A stretch of DNA of 64,000 nt from Ylistrum balloti (taxonomy: Eukaryota): contig NW_026781910.1 of assembly GCF_031769215.1 (NCBI RefSeq), positions 744,001-808,000 on the forward strand. Direction: 5' to 3'. Both the position numbers and the translations under genes were made by a program. Below the pieces are notes generated by a model. That model saw nothing but the letters and a program-made list of their open reading frames with translations, was not told where the DNA came from and made no database searches. Numbering within the stretch: position 1 is the first letter of the stretch; the number at the start of each line of letters is the position of its first letter. Shown piece after piece: positions 13,401 through 23,798 of the stretch.

Positions 13401-14424
13401 TTAATACATCCGACTTTGGTAATATAACACCATTGCAAATATTTTATACGTACAGCTTATACATACCTACAGCTTCACCGATCATAAACAATGCACACAG
13501 AACACAAACAGCAATAAGTTGGTTCCTGGCAAGTTTATCATACTCAGGTTTGACTAACGTATGACAGTGCCATTCTGATATTTCAGAATTAGATCTTGTT
13601 CCATTTACAGCATAACTGGACATTCCCAGATCTGCTTCCAGATCATCATCACTACTAAAAGATCTTAATGTTCTGTTGTTGTTTCTCACATGTGTTTCAG
13701 ACTGAGACTCATCAGGCCTTTCATTCATATGTAAATTGTCTACTCGAATTTTATCACTAACATTATCCGATTTCAGGTGTCCATTCGGTACATGATTTGA
13801 GATTGTACCATGGGCACGCTTGAAATTTTCTAGTACCCTTTTACTTTGAGTCATATCGGTTTCTGGTATCATATTAAGCTCCAGATCGAGTTTGTTTATA
13901 TCTGTGGCATCAAACTCCTCTAAAATAGCTAACAGAGAGTCCTCAGACATCGATCTTAAGTCCTGATGTGTGTTTTGCTGAATAGAAACCTCGGAGGGAA
14001 ATTGAAGCCTTGGTGTCGTCTGTATGTTATTGCCAATACTGGACAAGTTGTTATCATTTGGAGGATAAGTGGCAACTTCGAATGGCCACGTCCGGTTATT
14101 TCTGTCTAATAAAGCTGTGTCAATACGTTGTCCTTCTTGTATGTAAGGATCCGCACTGAAATCAGAGTCAATATGCTCGCTCGATGCGGCACTTACAAAT
14201 GGGCCAATTTCGGACTCGTGCTTGTTTACATCTTCATGCTGTTCAAGAGAACTGTTACTCACGGAGTGTACAGTCGTTTTGTGTGATACGCCTGTCTTAG
14301 GCCTAATGCTGCGTTCATTACGTAGACCAATGGTGTATTGCTCGCTCGAGCCTTCAGCTGTAAGGCTATTAATATCCGACACATCCCACCCACTGCTATC
14401 ATCGACGAACACACTTGCTGCCAT
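1465..14424 (-). CDS. slc30a2: SLC30/ZnT zinc transporter (ZnT2/3/4/8-like), exons 1-2; gene continues beyond the left edge
   Basis: Exon 1 is 14424-13467 (phase 1, GT donor) and exon 2 is 1611-1465. The spliced join reads FMIGEAVG|GVLSDSLALFTDVLHLGSDLISFLISLLAIYLSKKPATKNMSFGYHRA, with the TM2 HxxxD site (HLGSD), the FGYxR motif and the N-terminal HCH motif. Paralog-level symbol is uncertain. Confidence 0.9.
7797..8200 (+). mobile_element. Degenerate tRNA-derived SINE with an internal 14-bp tandem expansion
   Basis: GGGGCC head, B-box-like GGTTCAA, SINE-body-like GTGTCCATGGGCAAGACAC and an A-rich tail. AGGTGCA recurs at 7866, 7880, 7894, 7908, 7922 and 7936. Confidence 0.5.
9410..10020 (-). 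mobile_element. Penelope-like element remnant (GIY-YIG-like fragment plus decayed hammerhead)
   Basis: The minus strand reads *TKCTHCTKKYAGKT (9783-9827), similar to the PLE YxIxCxxCxxxYxGxT motif. It is followed by a hammerhead fold at 9539-9493 and a partial inverted duplication (9430-9462 vs 9871-9898). Confidence 0.45.
9493..9539 (-). ncRNA. Decayed minimal type I hammerhead ribozyme (G5A core change)
   Basis: AUCAUC-CUAAUGA-U-GGCUGC auuua GUGGUU-GAAAC-AU-GUC-GAUGAU: perfect 6-bp stem I, stem II held by G-U pairs, palindromic ACAUGU stem III. Confidence 0.6.
11070..12030. repeat. Diverged tandem array of about 157-bp units (6-7 copies)
   Basis: A CAAGAAATAGCGATAAC-like anchor occurs at about 11233, 11393, 11549, 11707, 11863 and 12008. 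Confidence 0.85.
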
Positions 14425-14441
14425 TTTACTTTCTCACAAAA

Positions 14442-14462
14442 TCACGTGGTATATCATGTGAC
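14442..14462. promoter_or_regulatory. Paired E-box/M-box (TCACGTG, TCATGTGAC) just upstream of the ZnT start codon
   Basis: TCACGTG at 14442-14448 and TCATGTGAC at 14454-14462, 18-38 bp upstream of the ATG. They match MiT/TFE (CLEAR/M-box) cores. Function not shown. Confidence 0.4.
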
Positions 14463-15269
14463 ATCATATGGGGGTTTCCCGTCTGCTAGTATGATTCTTA
14501 CTATATATTTTGGATGTTTTTAGTGAGTTGTTTAGATGATCTGTCATGTTCTCAGTAAAGTATATACGTTACAATACGCATATGAGTAAATGGAAATATC
14601 AAATCAATAAAGTAGTAATTTCAATGTATCACTGATATATAAAAAAATCAATCATTCAGTGATAAGGGAGATAACTCCTACTATTAAAAAACCTTTACAT
14701 TTGACAAGGGACCCGACGCTCAGCTGCTACCCAAATATTGAGAACATGACTATCAAGAAACTCGTGTATTTTTTATCGCCAGAGTGATATTAAAGTAGCT
14801 CTCGGTTATGGTTTGCATACGGTAACTCATACACTTTTGCTTGATTTTGCTGGAAATCTATTGCAAAGATAGGTCAGCACAAAAAATTAGGTGTTATAGG
14901 ATAAATCGCCCTCCCCCGTTCAATATTTAAAGTTGAAAAAGATCCCAGATCGAGTTTTCACGCAGGATGGTGTTATTTTAGGAAATAATGGCAAGGCAAT
15001 TATATGCTATTTCCTATAAGCTGTCCTTTTCTAACCTGGATTTTTACCTGAGATTTACATGTGTTTCTCACAACCCATCTTCATATGATTGAGATATTAA
15101 ACTAAATACATGAATTTCATTTGATGAAAAATACTGAATAATCTGACTTCACTTAGCACTAAAATACATATAAATAAATTAAATAATTATGTTGGACGAT
15201 TTAGCACTATATTCTAACATATTTCTAAACTCATTATAAAATGAAGAGAATAGAAAAGAATCTGAAAGA

Positions 15270-16090
15270 AAACTAGAGTATTTGAAATAAAAACAAATGT
15301 ACCTGAAATAAAACTAGAGTATTTCAAATAAAAACAAATGTACCTGAAATAAAACTAGAGTATTTCAAATAAAAACAAATGTACCTGAAATAAAACTAGA
15401 GTATTTGAAATAAAAACAAATGTACCTGAAATAAAACTAGAGTATTTGAAATAAAAACAAATGTACCTGAAATAAAACTAGAGTATTTGAAATAAAAACA
15501 AATGTACCTGAAATAAAACTAGAGTATTTGAAATAAAAACAAATGTACCTGAAATAAAACTAGAGTATTTCAAATAAAAACAAATGTACCTGAAATAAAA
15601 CTAGAGTATTTGAAATAAAAACAAATGTACCTGAAATAAAACTAGAGTATTTGAAATAAGAACAAATGTACCTGAAATAAAACTAGAGTATTTGAAATAA
15701 AAACAAATGTACCTGAAATAAAACTAGAGTATTTGAAATAAAAACAAATGTACCTGAAATAAAACTAGAGTATTTCAAATAAAAACAAATGTACCTGAAA
15801 TAAAACTAGAGTATTTCAAATAAAAACAAATGTACCTGAAATAAAACTAGAGTATTTGAAATAAGAACAAATGTACCTGAAATAAAACTAGAGTATTTCA
15901 AATAAAAACAAATGTACCTGAAATAAAACTAGAGTATTTGAAATAAAAACAAATGTACCTGAAATAAAACTAGAGTATTTCAAATAAAAACAAATGTACC
16001 TGAAATAAAACTAGAGTAAGAACAAATGTACCTGAAATAAAACTAGAGTATTTCAAATAAAAACAAATGTACCTGAAATAAAACTGGAGA
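15270..16090. repeat. 41-bp A-rich minisatellite, about 20 copies
   Basis: Unit AAAACTAGAGTATTT(G/C)AAATAAAAACAAATGTACCTGAAAT; ACCTG at 15301 and 15342; one truncated unit near 16015. Confidence 0.97.
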
Positions 16091-16589
16091 ATTTTAAACA
16101 AAGAGAAAAAATGTCAAATATTGGTAAAGAACGTGTAGTTTTTCTGGTAATTGTTATGAAGTCTAAGAATTTATCAATGAGAAATGATTAATAGTCATTT
16201 CAGTTTCATTTAATTTGATTAACTTTTGGCCCATGGGTCCATCAATACATCACGTGTACACAAACACAAGGTACAATGTATATGTGAATAAAGCCAATAA
16301 TCTATGATTCGTTAAATATTTGTTTAAATTTTAAAATTATCATAAATATTACATTCAAAATAAAACAAAAATCAAGACATTCAAACATTTCACAAGATAC
16401 ATCAAATAGGTTTCTTCGTATTTAATAAGGTTATAGAGAATAAAATTTTAAATGTGACTATTGTTTAAACATTTTTATTTTGAATTGTTGACTATATTCA
16501 CATAATTAAATATAAAGTTAACTGTCAAGGGAGTTCATCAGACATAAGGCGTTTTAATCATTATCAGCCGAGACCGACAAATGACTTAA

Positions 16590-16830
16590 ACATTGATGAC
16601 CAGCGAAATTTGTCTGATGTAAGCCTTGGTAGGGCAATGCACACGAAGTTATGGCTACCCACAGTCACGCAAAAATGACCACCGAAATTTTGTCTGGTGT
16701 AAGCCTTGGTAGGGCAATGCACACGAAGTTATGGCTACCCACAGTCACGCACAAATGACCACCGAAATTTTGTCTGGTGTAAGCCTTGGTAGGGCAATGC
16801 ACACGAAGGTATGGATATACGCAGTCACGC
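16590..16830. repeat. 80-bp tandem repeat x3, each unit containing TGCACACG
   Basis: GTAAGCCTTGGTAGGGCAATGCACACGAAG at 16619, 16699 and 16779. Confidence 0.93.
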
Positions 16831-17292
16831 ACAATCACGCCACAGTTATTACAATACACACTTCCTTTACCAATGTAAAAACAATATCCGGTACACCAAA
16901 CAGTGTAAAACATGATACCAATAAAACAATGATAGTAGCCCTCTGTTATGTATTTACAATGAAGTAAAAGTATAAATTTATAGAAAGAACATAATATCGA
17001 TATTCTATCTATTTACGTTCTCATGCAGAGTAAATCTGATAAGTTCTGATGTAGTCGAGGTGATCCTTGTGTAATTGTAGATAAAGCATACACACATTTA
17101 ACACCTCTCTGTTGTCTTGTTCTCACACCAATTAACATAATAAAACTGAAAATTGCGAAACGGAAGATTTTGATATTTAATATGAAAGGACAAACATTAT
17201 AATATTCATCACTATTTGTTTTCTTAATGTTTCTGACAGCAGTTTTTTCAGTCAAGTGTTGATGGAACTGCACATCTTAGATACAGATATAT

Positions 17293-20200
17293 TTACATGA
17301 TTGAACACCTGAATGAACATTTCTGACGCCTTATTTTCCACTTCCTCTCGTATTCCTCAACATCACGAAGGTACGATAGCGGCGGCCATTGATTCACTTC
17401 AATATAGATTCTATTTTCTTCGTTCAGCGACGATAATTCCACCCGATTCTTCAATGCTGTATAGTTTGTAGAGATGAAATGAAGACACCATCTAGACAGC
17501 TGCTCTGCATTGTAATCCTGTCAAAATACATTCAAATACTGATATTTAAACAGAATTATTGCGGGACTATTTTTAATGAGGGGTTTCATTAGATCGAAAT
17601 AAAGAATGATAACTTAAAATAGTACATTAAAACTGCGCCTTTTATATGAAATATCATCAAATTTGATGCTAATGACGACATATATCAACATATCTTTACC
17701 TGTGATGACTGTAAAAGTCCGATGACATCGATGTCTGCTTTTTCTATAGTCTTTATCACACTTTTGTTGACTTCCTTAGTTACATGTAATTCACACAGAT
17801 TCGTGAGACGTTTAAGACCGTATTTATCCGCCAGAACAATGAGTGATATCACATCAGTCTGTTCAATAGGTGCCTGGTCGGTGTAGAGATATTCCAAAAG
17901 AGCCAAGAAACATTCCGACGTTGTAGCTTGGATATCAATCTACACCATTAAAACAACAAAATGTATTAGAAACATTTACTGTATTAACATGCTCAAACAT
18001 TTATATGCAGTTATAAGCATTTTAACTGTACGACTTTGAGGTTTTGATGTCAATTACACCTACCTCGAGTATGCTTGATTGGTCTTTCACACAGCTACCT
18101 TGAATCGTAACCGCCATGTTTTTGCATCTGGCAGTTAAGACACTTTTATGAGCATAAACATTTCTTCCTGAAACAATATGATATATACGATCTGTTCTTA
18201 CATTATGTAATTGACAATGTTACTGGACTTTAGATCCCCGTCCCCAGTATGCCACGTTTCGGTTTCATTAGGATAGTAGCAAGGTTAAGAATATAAACTT
18301 GTACTTAATGTTGTTATAAAATCATCTGATATATGGAAACAACGTAATTTGTTGCATAATCGGGCTGCTGCACTTCCCTATCTACATTTTGACTTTTGTT
18401 TGGACAACTTTCGATTTTCCTCAGTCGCCTCCAAGGCTTCAAAATTTAGGTCCTTTTCGTCAATAACGAGTCCTTGAAGGACGAAACAGCTGTATGATGC
18501 AGCATCACTGACGAGTCCTAGAAGGACGAAACAGCTGTATGATGCAGTTTAATTCATTGTTTGGCTGTAATGTATGTAACTCTAAATTTGTATTGAAAGA
18601 CGCTATTCAATTGCGTGTCTTTTGTACAATATCAATTGGTATAAGCAATTCTTATTTTCATCTCAAACTTCAATAGACCAGTAATGGGCATTAGTATAGC
18701 AAAATATAATTCACGAATTTAGAGCTGAAATGTTTGGCAGACGAAGTTAAAAAGAAAAAAAGGCAGGAAGAAATTCAAAGATTTCTTTAAAAATCCCCGA
18801 TTCAACAATAACATTCAGGAAGCAGCATTGTGACTTACGGTAAAGAGTTTGGAAGCGAGGTATGAAAAATGTTACACAGGAGTCTGCATTATCACTAAAT
18901 TTAAACAAGGCAATATTCGTATAATTTATTGCTATGTTGAGGTAAAAACAAATTTCAATGTTTTATATAGAAGTTTTCATTTCCGTGACAATTTACTTTA
19001 AGCACATATTTATAATAATTCAAGCTCACCTTCCACTTTAAACGTGACGTCAGCCGTTTCAGGTTTGTTGAAATACAGATCCTTCATATTTCGCCTTGTC
19101 TCGTCATTCATGGAAGTACCTATACTTGGATTAAGGAATGCCTGACCACTGAGACAATTTTGGCAAATCTCCGTCAATTTCGGCAATTTAAAAGTGGCAG
19201 CTAGATTCATGATGTCATCAAGTTCTTCTGGGTCAATTTGATCCTGGTCATTAGATAGACAGGGAACACCTGAGGAAACGCGATGTGTAGGTATATATTT
19301 GTATTTATATATTTTACCTTTTTAGGATTTATTAAGATTTTTTCGTTACAAACATGTACACATTTCTTTGATAATTAAGAAGGGAAATAACATTTCATTG
19401 AACGAACAGAAAATATAACAATTTGTTTAATAGTGATGATAATGTTTTTAATGCCCATTTCATAAAAACAATCTTATTCATCCTTTTCGTAAACAGTAAC
19501 TGTTTCTGATAACAAGGTATAAATGATGAGCAGGAATCAAACTTACCAGAGTACAGAAATTGCAGAACTTTGACGAATGTTTTGGGTTTGATATCAGGAT
19601 TAAGTTCAACCACTGTATGACGATGAATTTGACCTTGGATATCTTTTGTGAACTCGTCCTTGTCATATGCAGCTACTATTCCCTCCGTTTGCTCAGAGTT
19701 CAGTTCATCCATAGTGAAGTTACTCGCGGACTTCGTTCTCTTCCTCTGAAGAGTTGAACGAAAAAGAAAGAGCTCAAAAACTTTTGAAACAACATGAATA
19801 TGAAAAAAACATATATGGATGTTTGTCTTGAACACTAGATAAATTGTTCTGAAGGAGAAATCCTGTTTATCCTCAAATCTTTTAAAAGATGCAATCACTC
19901 GCAAATCAATATATCCAATATTTCGCTAACAATAATCAAGTTACCTTATGTGACTTCATCATTCCAAAGACTCGTCTGAAGTATGTGGAAGATGAACACA
20001 AAACTATCTTATGTGCGTCAAGGTTGAGCTGTTCTCTCAATATGAATGTAACGTCTGCATGAACAGGGTTTTCGTGCATAGCCAGCCAATCGTCTGCAAA
20101 CCTTGATGTTTCAACTTCAATTTTCGGGGCCATACCTAGAACACATTAGGAATAGATCAATCGAATTTGTGTATGTATATTGTATAACGATTCGTATATT

Positions 20201-23200
20201 TATACAATACACATACACAAATTCGTTTGATATAAGATAATGTAGTTGCGTATTGTTATAGAATTTTCCTACTGAAGAAACGTCGAGAAATTTAGTGTTT
20301 TACAACATATTCACGCTCCAGGTGATGGAGGAAAGTTGGTGTTCCCCACGATAAAACCAGGCGCCACTACCTGCGTCACGTAGTGCTCGAACCCGTGACC
20401 TAGAGATAAAGGACTAGTGATAAAGACGGCCAGGGGTCCGAGTCAACCTATATTGTATAGTGAACTGTTACTTAGTATTAGGGCCAATTTTACTTTTCAA
20501 ATAGATTTGGAACCCCGAAATTAAGTATTAAAAACATATAGTATTTTGACAAGCTACTATCAAGATTTATTTCTATAACTACAGTTTACACCTTTCTGTT
20601 TTGTTCTTAGAACCTAAGTGTAAATTTGATAAATCGAACTTCATATATGCATATCATTTCGTTCTTATAAACGACATGTCCTCTAATGTTTTATTGTTTA
20701 GAATTGAATTTTTCCGATACCATAGCAGGTTCTTTTCATACGTGGATTTAAACATGATGAATGCTATGTTATAAACATAATATAATGCACTTTTTGACAT
20801 TTCTCTTTTTGGCTGCATTAGAAACCACACAAAATAAATGTGTGAAAATCTCTTCAATTTATCAAATGGTGAAAATTTAACACTGAAATGGTATTGTAAA
20901 TACTGAAAACTGAGTTGTTCAGTAATTCAAACTGTCTTCCGATGATTGAGACGACCTACATAATTTTATGCACGATTCAAGAAAACTCGAGTTAAACATA
21001 TGGTCTATTCAAGCATATGTAAGTGAAGGTTCATGCACTACCACTCCCAACCAAAACTGGAATTATATGTAACAGATCAAAAGTATGAATGAAACCCCAA
21101 CAACCAGCTGTTTCCTCTCTCTAAGAATCGTCAGTGATGTTCTAGCAAATGTTAACTTGCCTGCAGGAGGCATCGGAGGAGGAGGGGGAATCCGTCCTCT
21201 ATTGCCACATGAGAACCATGGTTGGATTGTTGTTGTTGTCGCATTTACCAGCGCTACCCGGATCTAAAACATAATACCGAGGTGAACGATGAAAGGACAC
21301 ATATATTTAAATTCATATTGAATCAGGTATAATAACATATTACATACATTACCCAATTACAATTAAGTTTATTTTTTGAGGAATTACATTTTTCGCTATA
21401 TTCGAGGATTGAAAAAAATAGAAAAAATAGAAAGAAACCCACGTGACTCTGCTCTATTGTTTGAGCAATATATCAGGGTTTCGTGGATTTCTGATAATGG
21501 TTTAATGATTCTCTTGAAAATACACCATTTTTGGTGAAACTGCGATCGAAATGAATTAGTCTAAAACAAAGTGGATTAGAAATCTATAAATAGGTATTAT
21601 AAGTACATATATAAATGAACCCACAAAAATCAATTAATGATTTAAACCCGATAAAATCAGCAACATTAACTCACAAACCCCGACCCCCTTTTCTCTCTCT
21701 CCTCCCTCCCCTCCCCACTCCCTCTAAAAACTGGGCAGAAAAAACTCACTGCTGCATGAAAACATTCTTGTACACCTTGTTGTGTTCGCGCACTGGTCTC
21801 TACGTAACATAATCCTAAATCACTGGCGACCTTTGATCCTTCCTCATACGTCACTAAATCAGTTGCTGGTTTCTCTCTCAAATCTATAAATACGAAGAAT
21901 TATTCCAATAGGTTTCAAATAATATACATGTACATTATTACCATACGGAGTTTTGTCTCCTGATGGTAAATAATCAGTGAAATTGGCAATAGTTTATTGA
22001 AATGATTGTGTTTTCTTTTCCATTTTTAATGTCTTCATTTTATTTATGCATCACCGTAAGACTTGTGAAGAATCAACATTCAAAAAGATACAGGTAACAC
22101 TTTAGAATTATGAAAAAACAATGTTTTGATAATTGTTCAGAAAGATCAGGATGGTATTACCATAATGTCAAAAGTAACGTTTTTATAAGCATATATTAAT
22201 ACAATTAATCAATTTTGTGATATAAAAACCTTTACAAATATAACAAGATTTTTACTAAAAATATGTTCATTCAGAGTAAGGAGGAACAGAAACACAAAAT
22301 GCTGAATTTTCTTACCGATTTTGCAGGCATTAAGTACAATTGGCGTATTAGGACAAAAACGTCTAAGTTCTGGAACCCACTTAACCTTCACATTAGCAAG
22401 AGATTCTCGGTTGTCAATGGAAAAACAGACAAGAAATACATCTGTAAGAAAATAGGACAGCGGCCTCAGACGGTCATGGTCCTCCGACTGAAATAAGATA
22501 GCGAAATCATCGAAACGGGATTGACGAAGAATTTCACAATATAGATAGCTTTTGAAATAAAAACTTATTATTAAATAGAAATGGGTGGTCGGGTGGCGCA
22601 GGGTAACGCACTCGCCTTTTAACTAGCCGTCCGGGGTTCGAATCCCGTAACGGTCGTAAAAAGTAGTGGGGTCACCCGACCACATGTGCTTGCCCCAGCT
22701 ACTCTGGTTTCCTACCACAGTAAGACCCCCACCCCCGCGCTTCCATTCGGGCAGACAGAAGTGACTGATATAATCTTGTTTCGCAATTGTTGTAAGATAA
22801 ATAAAATTTGGATAAATAAATCCCAATAACTTGTTATAACTAGTACTTAATCCTTTCACCCAAATGGCTAGTAAAAATGAAATATTAAATCACATTTGAT
22901 TAAACTGGATATATATCCAAGGTAGAATATATTAATTTTATCGGTATCAAACATTCAGGAGCAAAAGTCCATGGTATTACAACAGTAACTTTTACAACTC
23001 GGATGGAGACAATCTTTTTGCATCTCCCCATTTCCAATCTCCAAAAGAGTGCATTAAGGTACCTTACATAATGCGCGTGTATAAGAAATGACAACTCCGG
23101 TACAGATGGTACAAAAGCCACACAAGTGAATTGCTTGTTTAAAACACAAGTTTAGAGCTAGATACAGTAGAGCCAAACAATGAATTAAACGTTTCATCCT

Positions 23201-23798
23201 TCTAAGACTAGTCTGTGATGCTAACGGCCCTAGTTCTAAAGGCTAGGCAACAATTGAGGAAATTCCAAAATGATCGGAAAAGAAGTGAAAATCTAAACGC
23301 GGAGATGCACAAGTCCCATTATGTAATGAATTTCGTGATTTTCATACCACAGATTATTTCAGAACAATGTCAAGTAATATGTACATTACACATGTACATT
23401 TACCAATTAGTGTAAAGTGCCTATATATGATTTTTTGGTAATTCATGGTATTAAAAGATTACAATACATACATTTGTATATTTGAATTTCTATCCGTTCA
23501 TCATTAATTATAATTCTAGCCGTTATTTATCTCTTGGAAACATGAAAATATTTTACTAAAAGTATGGTACGTTAAATGTGATTCAATGGTTGAAATTAAA
23601 CGCCCGGCTTACCGTTCCGTGTATATCCCACAAACCAAACCTAACAGGTGTTCCGTCAACTAATTCGTCGTGAACGTAATTATCAAACACCGTTGGGACG
23701 TATGTCTCTGGATAAGCATTCGTTGCATAGACGATGTATAGGCACGTCTTTCCTGTCGCGTGATCTCCTACTGTCACAATCTTCAGATCCTGTGGCAT
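17293..23798 (-). CDS. rhobtb: RhoBTB-type atypical Rho GTPase, copy 1 (597 aa, Rho + 2 BTB + CAAX)
   Basis: Exons: 23798-23613, 22487-22316, 21883-21750, 21263-21161, 20135-19945, 19745-19547, 19269-19030, 18167-18064, 17939-17700, 17517-17293. All phases are compatible (1794 nt). Motifs: [28 protein letters not shown], proline-rich [26 protein letters not shown], two BTBs ([16 protein letters not shown]), NQWPP, C-terminal CSIM. Confidence 0.93.
18463..18547 (+). ncRNA. Tandem minimal type I hammerhead ribozymes (one intact core, one core-mutated), 45-bp unit
   Basis: Stem I GCAUCA 18502-07, CUGACGA 18508-14, stem II GUCC/uagaa/GGAC 18515-27, GAAAC 18528-32, palindromic ACAGCUGU, cleavage triplet GUA 18537-39, then UGAUGC 18540-45. 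The upstream copy has AUAACGA in place of CUGACGA. Confidence 0.85.
20156..20231. other. 76-nt inverted repeat (32-bp arms, 12-nt loop) in RhoBTB-1 intron 4
   Basis: Arms 20156-20187 and 20200-20231, 30/32 Watson-Crick pairs. The same hairpin is at 35124-35199. Confidence 0.9.
20320..20450 (-). mobile_element. SINE-like fragment
   Basis: Minus-strand B-box-like GGTTCGAGC (20385-20393) in a GC-richer insert that is absent from the paralogous intron. Confidence 0.4.
22583..22900 (+). mobile_element. tRNA-derived SINE in RhoBTB-1 intron 1 (antisense)
   Basis: A box TGGCGCAGGGT (22594-22604), B box GGTTCGAATCC (22635-22645), SINE-body motif CTACTCTGGTTTCCTACCAC and an AT-rich tail. Absent from the shorter paralogous intron (371 vs 1125 bp). 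Confidence 0.75.

Noticed and set aside
13492-13498. MRE core TGCACAC at the end of ZnT exon 1
   Set aside because: Explained by the codons for Val-Cys-Val in TM1.
22583-22660. Functional tRNA gene
   Set aside because: A and B boxes are present, but I could not build an acceptor stem and it continues into a SINE body.
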